A stretch of DNA of 7,514 nucleotides, taken from assembly GCA_043805855.1 (NCBI GenBank), contig JAZDHP010000007.1, positions 1 to 7,514 of the forward strand, read 5' to 3'. Every line of letters begins with the position of its first letter. Position 1 is the first letter of the stretch. The translations under genes were made by a program, and so were the position numbers. Below the pieces are notes generated by a model that worked only from the letters and a program-made list of their open reading frames with translations, had not been told where the DNA came from and did no database searches. Positions 1 to 4,265 of this stretch are shown here, piece by piece. This DNA comes from Candidatus Micrarchaeota archaeon (GTDB lineage Archaea; Micrarchaeota; Micrarchaeia; Norongarragalinales; UBA8480).

Positions 1-1
1 A

Positions 2-637
2 GTAGAGAACGCTTTAGACACTTTAAAAAACCGCGGGGAAATTTTACAAACAACTGCACAAGATAGACTAAATCGATTACCGCAATTTAGAAAAGCAACT
101 AGAGAAGATATTGAACGGCATTTACACTTAATTCACAAAGTAATGCGAAACGGCCACATATACCTGCGTTTTAACTGGCAGAAATTTATTACTCCAAGTG
201 AAGCTTACGCAGATGGGCTTGATGGACTGGAATACGCAATTAAAACACACGACCCTACAAAGGGAAAACTAGAACCCCGCATTAAAGCATGGGTAGCACA
301 AAAAATAGGCCGCGTTGCAAGAGCAGAACAAAGGAGAATACAAAAAACACGTTCAATAGATACAATTATTACAAAAAGACAAGAACGGCGACTTTCACTT
401 TGCAGCGAGCCACGTGAACCGAGAATAACCGAAGATCAAATTGAAAGTTTAATGCAACACCCAAAAATAAAAGCAATGCATTTAGCAATACTGGCACTGC
501 ATGGCATTTACGGCCACAGTTATCCCGAAATAGCGCGGCATTTTGGTGCAAAGCCACAAGCAGTTCAAAAACACTATTCAACAACGATAAGGACATTTGC
601 TAAGATAAACAGAGAAAGAGCAGTTGGCGAACGTTAA
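2..637 (+). CDS. Sigma-70-like paralog 1 (5'-truncated by the window edge): end of wHTH-like segment, sigma region 2, region-4 HTH
   Basis: The frame is open from nt 2 (VENALDTLKNRGEILQTTAQDRLNRLPQFRKATREDIERHLHLIHKV) into the listed ATG143. This upstream part aligns with paralog 2 (VASALQKLKAKGEIQATTSQDRRTRVPQLREVTSADMERHLNLIDAV). Region-2-like GLDGLEYAIKTHDPTKGKLEPRIKAWVAQKI and region-4-like HSYPEIARHFGAKPQAVQKHY are present. Confidence 0.8.
   Translation, partial: VENALDTLKNRGEILQTTAQDRLNRLPQFRKATREDIERHLHLIHKVMRNGHIYLRFNWQKFITPSEAYADGLDGLEYAIKTHDPTKGKLEPRIKAWVAQKIGRVARAEQRRIQKTRSIDTIITKRQERRLSLCSEPREPRITEDQIESLMQHPKIKAMHLAILALHGIYGHSYPEIARHFGAKPQAVQKHYSTTIRTFAKINRERAVGER
23..43 (+). repeat. 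21-nt exact direct repeat, copy 1 (copy 2 at 2943-2963)
   Basis: TTAAAAAACCGCGGGGAAATT, encoding LKNRGEI in paralogs 1 and 4. Confidence 0.9.
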
Positions 638-639
638 AA

Positions 640-678
640 GGCAAAATAATATAAGATTAAACAAAGGCATATTGTTTA
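640..678 (+). promoter_or_regulatory. Putative BRE-TATA promoter for paralog 2 with a downstream operator-like inverted repeat
   Basis: GGCAAAAT-AATATAAG (640-655) about 28-35 nt before ATG683, then TAAACAA-N7-TTGTTTA (658-678). Confidence 0.45.
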
Positions 679-682
679 GCAC

Positions 683-1594
683 ATGACAAAGCACAACTTG
701 AAAGAGTTTTTCGCCAACGTACACTACGCGAACCTACAAGCGTTAATGCAACATGCTGAACAGCTATCTGCGCAAATTAAGGCAACTCAAAAGCCAAGAG
801 GACGAGTGAAACAATCACTAAGCGCGTTTAATTTAAAAGTGAAAGCACTTGCACCGCAATTTCTTGACGGACAGTACAATACTATGGGAATAGCCCGCGC
901 AATTATAGCAGAATCAAAAAAGAAAACTACGCCTTTTAAGAAAATGCATAGACAAGTAGCAAGTGCATTACAGAAGCTAAAAGCTAAAGGCGAAATTCAA
1001 GCGACAACTTCTCAAGATAGACGGACCCGAGTGCCGCAATTAAGAGAAGTAACAAGCGCAGATATGGAACGACATTTAAATTTAATCGACGCAGTAATGC
1101 GCGGCCGACATAAGTACCTTCGACCAGACTGGTGGCAATACTTATCAGAAGAAGATGCCTACACAACGGCACTTGATGGACTATTATATGGCCTTAAAAC
1201 TTTTGACCCAACAAAAGGAGAAAAAAGAGACGTTAGTGTAAAATTAAACGATCACTGTAGAGCATGGATTGCACAAAGGATAGACTACGCTGCTAGAAAA
1301 GAACAAAGGCAAGTAAACCGGCTAGAGTCAATGGACGATATTGAAGAAACAAGAAAAGAACACCGATTGTTGAAACCAGGCGAACAAAAGGAGCGAATAA
1401 CTAGAGCCCAACTTCAGCTTTTAATGCGACACCCGAAAATGAAGGCAACACAATTAACTATACTGGTGCTTCACGGCGTTTACGGTCACAGCCAAAAAGA
1501 AATTGCAAGACACTTCGGCGTAAAGCCACAAGCAATTCAAAATCATTACTACCGCGCGCGAGATGCACTTGTTGAAATGAACCGAGAAAAATGA
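683..1594 (+). CDS. Sigma-70-like paralog 2 (303 aa) with N-terminal basic wHTH-like domain
   Basis: EDAYTTALDGLLYGLKTFDPTKG...RAWIAQRI resembles sigma region 2.2-2.4 (DLIQEGxxGLxxAxxxFDxxKG...WWIRQAI). C-terminal LVLHGVYGHSQKEIARHFGVKPQAIQNHYYRARDAL resembles the region-4.2 HTH. Collinear with the other three paralogs. Confidence 0.8.
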   Translation: MTKHNLKEFFANVHYANLQALMQHAEQLSAQIKATQKPRGRVKQSLSAFNLKVKALAPQFLDGQYNTMGIARAIIAESKKKTTPFKKMHRQVASALQKLKAKGEIQATTSQDRRTRVPQLREVTSADMERHLNLIDAVMRGRHKYLRPDWWQYLSEEDAYTTALDGLLYGLKTFDPTKGEKRDVSVKLNDHCRAWIAQRIDYAARKEQRQVNRLESMDDIEETRKEHRLLKPGEQKERITRAQLQLLMRHPKMKATQLTILVLHGVYGHSQKEIARHFGVKPQAIQNHYYRARDALVEMNREK

Positions 1595-1647
1595 CGAATA
1601 ATACGAACACTAGATAAAAGGAAAAAACGCACACGTGAAATAGAAAA

Positions 1648-2607
1648 ATGCCACAAAATCCAATTGTAAATTACTTTAAAGGAAAATGTTACACTAGCGT
1701 AGAGGATGTTTTGGAACACACTGAAGAAATTTCTAAAAACATGAAACCAACACCAGGACCGGCTAAACTAGCGTTAACTGACTTTGAAAAAAGAGTAGCA
1801 GAAGTAGCGCCAAGATATTTAAACGGCCAGTACAACCCGAAAGAAATCGCAGTTAGAGTATTGCGCTTAAGCCAAAGAAGTAGAATAGCGAGACAGAAAA
1901 TTCCATTGCCATCTGCTATTAGAAGAATTATTCCCAAAGTGAAAAAAGCACTTAAAAAGTTAAAGAAACGCAGCAGCATTCCAATAACAACCTCGCACGA
2001 CCGACCGAAACGGTTACCAAAATTAAGAGAAGCGACCGGCGAATTAATAGAAGAGCACCGGCACTTGATTAGAAAAGTAATGGGCTGTGGCCACAAGTAC
2101 CTACCTAAAAGTTTACTATATTACTTGCAGCGCGACGATGCAAAAGCTGTAGGCATGGACGGTCTAGTACGCGCAATTGAAACTTGGGACGAAACTAAAG
2201 GTAAACTAAACCCATGGGCACGTGCATGGATTGCGCAGGCAATTGCAAGAACAGCAGTAAAAAGTAAAAAAAACCAAATGCAGTCGCTAGACGCGCCTTT
2301 AGGAGAAGATGAAGATGCAACGCTCTATGATAGAAAAGGCACACCTGCAAGTAGCCTTGAAGACCGTGAAGAAGTTGAAGATGGTTTGAGTAAATTAATG
2401 AAAAGCAGGAGGACTAAACCACATCACTTGGCGCTATACGCGTTGCACGAAATTTACCAGCGCAATTATAGCGAAATAGGCCGACATTTTAACTGCAAAG
2501 GCATAAACATAAAACGTCACCTAACAACCGCGCGGGCAATAATTGAAAAAGTAAAACAACGCGAACAAGCGGAACAAGAAAGAAGATCCCTCCGGTTAAA
2601 GGGTTGA
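1648..2607 (+). CDS. Sigma-70-like paralog 3 (319 aa) with N-terminal basic wHTH-like domain and acidic region-3.2 motif
   Basis: ELIEEHRHLIRKV (2.1), DDAKAVGMDGLVRAIETWDETKG (2.2-2.3), WARAWIAQAIART (2.3-2.4), SLDAPLGEDEDATLYD (RpoD-like 3.2) and NYSEIGRHFNCKGINIKRHLTTARAII (region 4). Confidence 0.85.
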   Translation: MPQNPIVNYFKGKCYTSVEDVLEHTEEISKNMKPTPGPAKLALTDFEKRVAEVAPRYLNGQYNPKEIAVRVLRLSQRSRIARQKIPLPSAIRRIIPKVKKALKKLKKRSSIPITTSHDRPKRLPKLREATGELIEEHRHLIRKVMGCGHKYLPKSLLYYLQRDDAKAVGMDGLVRAIETWDETKGKLNPWARAWIAQAIARTAVKSKKNQMQSLDAPLGEDEDATLYDRKGTPASSLEDREEVEDGLSKLMKSRRTKPHHLALYALHEIYQRNYSEIGRHFNCKGINIKRHLTTARAIIEKVKQREQAEQERRSLRLKG

Positions 2608-2621
2608 AAAGTTATTTTAAA
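2606..2621 (+). promoter_or_regulatory. Putative archaeal BRE-TATA promoter for paralog 4 (leaderless)
   Basis: Purine-rich GAAAAG followed by TTATTTTAAA, ending 21 nt before ATG2643; no SD motif. Confidence 0.5.
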
Positions 2622-2642
2622 GCACAACTAACTACTAACTAT

Positions 2643-3605
2643 ATGCAACCGATGCCAATTGCAAATTACTTCAAGGGAATTAGATACACTAATTTTGAAG
2701 CAGTCATGAGGCACGCTGAACAGATATCACAAGAAATAAGAGAAACCCGACAACCTAGAAAAATATCACGTAACCCGCTTACGCCGAGCCAAATTCAAGT
2801 AAAAAGACTTGCATTAACAAATTTAGACGGACAATATCGCGTTAGAAAAATCGCGGCCGCATTATTAAAAAAAGAAAAAAAACGAATTACGCCTCGCAAA
2901 ATAGATGAACGGGCAAGGCAATTAAGTCATATGTTGAAAAGATTAAAAAACCGCGGGGAAATTCCCAATACAGACGTTAGAGGTAGAAAACGGCAAAAAG
3001 CGTTACGCGCGGCAACCAACGAAGAAATTGAAAAACACCGAGAATTGGTGAAAAAAGTTATCCTCTACGGCCACACCTACTGCCATCGTAGTTTTTGGCC
3101 AAACTACTTACAACGCGAAGACGCAGAAGCAGCTGGTTTAACTGGATTAGTAAGAGCAATTGAAACGCATAAACCAAGAAAAGGAAACTTTAAAACATGG
3201 GCTAAAATGTGGATCGCACAGGCGATTACGCGAGCAGCACGGCGAGAAAAACAAAAACACGTTGCAACTTCAATGGACAAGCCAATTGGTAGAGACAAAA
3301 AAATAACGCTTCACGATGTTAAAGGTGAACCTGCGCTTAACCCAGAAGCGTTTGACCCAACTCAGATAGAAGAAGACATAAATATTTTATTAAAAAAACG
3401 AGCAAAGCCGCAAGATATAATGACTTACTTCTTGCACAAGGGGTACAAACATTCAACAAGTGAACTAAGCCGACACTTTGGAGCAACTCGAACAAGCGCT
3501 CACCGTAACTTCAAAAGAGCACAAACAATAGTGCAAAGATTAAGGCAAATAAATCAAGAAAGAGAAGAACGCGAAACCACGTTGCAAAGAACTGGAACTT
3601 ACTGA
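2643..3605 (+). CDS. Sigma-70-like paralog 4 (320 aa from ATG2643) with N-terminal basic wHTH-like domain
   Basis: ATG2643 (MQPMPIANYFKG) aligns with the paralog-3 start (MPQNPIVNYFKG) and has a TATA-like box upstream, so it is preferred over TTG2604. EDAEAAGLTGLVRAIETHKPRKGNFKTWAKMWIAQAITRA closely tracks RpoD DLIQEGNIGL..AV.KF..R.GYKFSTYATWWIRQAITR. Also SMDKPIGRD (3.2) and STSELSRHFGATRTSAHRNFKRA (region 4). Confidence 0.85.
   Translation: MQPMPIANYFKGIRYTNFEAVMRHAEQISQEIRETRQPRKISRNPLTPSQIQVKRLALTNLDGQYRVRKIAAALLKKEKKRITPRKIDERARQLSHMLKRLKNRGEIPNTDVRGRKRQKALRAATNEEIEKHRELVKKVILYGHTYCHRSFWPNYLQREDAEAAGLTGLVRAIETHKPRKGNFKTWAKMWIAQAITRAARREKQKHVATSMDKPIGRDKKITLHDVKGEPALNPEAFDPTQIEEDINILLKKRAKPQDIMTYFLHKGYKHSTSELSRHFGATRTSAHRNFKRAQTIVQRLRQINQEREERETTLQRTGTY
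2943..2963 (+). repeat. 21-nt exact direct repeat, copy 2 (copy 1 at 23-43)
   Basis: TTAAAAAACCGCGGGGAAATT, identical to 23-43. Confidence 0.9.
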
Positions 3606-3656
3606 ACTAAAACTCGCTTAAACTAGTTTGCTGCCTTGTATTTGGCTATCTTTTTC

Positions 3657-4220
3657 TCATCGCCTGCGCTTAACAGTTGCGGTTTCTCTTGGCAGCTCTA
3701 GCCCATGTCTACTCGCGACAGTCGCATATAGCGTTTCTAAATTTCTAGTATTTCTAAGGCTAGTTTGAGTAGAAGGCGCTTCAGATACGAAATATCTGTT
3801 ATCCGGATACCCGATTGCAATTGAACGAATTGGACTTATCATAACCAGCGCATAATCTGGATCGCGCTTTAACTGCGCCATTACACTATTGCGATCACCG
3901 CTTGAAAAGCGGTCAAACCACTCTTCGCCAGTTCCACGGCAATGCGTGTGCACTTTTAAAAGTTTATAACCGGCACTAGGAGACTGCGCATGTACATGTT
4001 CAAGTAAATGGTTCGCTGCAGCGAGGCGCATTGGATCTGCTCGAACGTGCGTTGCGCTTCCACGGCCTAGTAAGTGAAAAGAATGCGCTAACCAACGAGT
4101 TTTAGCTCCAGTTCTTTGAGGTGTACAGAGAAAAACCCCGTTCGTCTCTTGCTCCAGCTGAGCTAAAGTTTTAAGTCGCTTATGCAAATGTTGTGGAATC
4201 ACTATTTCAACTTGAGGCAC
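3657..4220 (-). CDS. JAB/MPN (JAMM) domain protein, putative zinc metallo-isopeptidase
   Basis: GTG start preceded by GGGTGA. N-terminal strand-helix VEIVIPQHLHKRLKTLA followed by E25-TNG-VFL, typical of MPN domains. H91-T-H93...S106-xx-D109 matches the JAMM motif E..HxH..SxxD with a longer spacer. Confidence 0.75.
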   Translation of the reverse strand: MPQVEIVIPQHLHKRLKTLAQLEQETNGVFLCTPQRTGAKTRWLAHSFHLLGRGSATHVRADPMRLAAANHLLEHVHAQSPSAGYKLLKVHTHCRGTGEEWFDRFSSGDRNSVMAQLKRDPDYALVMISPIRSIAIGYPDNRYFVSEAPSTQTSLRNTRNLETLYATVASRHGLELPRETATVKRRR

Positions 4221-4224
4221 TTTC

Positions 4225-4263
4225 TCACCCTTGAATAAAATTACAGTCTTAACTTTATTAAAC
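4225..4263 (-). promoter_or_regulatory. Putative TATA box and archaeal-type SD (GGTGA) for the JAB gene
   Basis: The minus strand reads TTTAATAAAG (from 4263) ... AAGGGTGA-GAAA-GTG. GGTGA lies 4 nt before the GTG start. Confidence 0.5.
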
Positions 4264-4265
4264 TG

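Noticed and set aside
143..145. ATG143 as the start of paralog 1
   Set aside because: The frame is open and homologous to paralogs 2-4 back to nt 2, so the true start lies upstream of the window.
2604..2642. TTG2604 start for paralog 4 (333 aa)
   Set aside because: ATG2643 aligns with the paralog-3 N-terminus, and the extra 13 codons cover a TATA-like element.
369..3298. Minus-strand ORFs 369-596, 984-1172, 1689-2096 and 3104-3298
   Set aside because: They are antisense shadows of the A-rich paralog genes. Their hydrophobicity follows from the T-rich complement and they carry no recognisable motifs.
2..3605. Naming the paralogs rpoD, fliA, sigH or ECF sigma with anti-sigma pairs
   Set aside because: Regions 1.1/1.2 and 3.0/3.1 are not recognisable, key residues differ, there is an extra N-terminal domain and no anti-sigma gene is present. 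No specific symbol is supportable.
3606..3656. Palindrome AAACTAGTTT (3620-3629) and T5 tract (3651-3655) as a terminator between convergent genes
   Set aside because: There is no GC-rich stem-loop and the T-tract is short, so it is too weak to call.
1648..4220. Shared MPQ/MQP N-termini of paralogs 3, 4 and JAB as an export signal
   Set aside because: Only three residues, absent from paralog 2, and no hydrophobic signal peptide follows.
3657..4220. JAB gene as part of a CBASS or Bil defence operon
   Set aside because: No CD-NTase, E1, E2 or ubiquitin-like gene is adjacent in the window.
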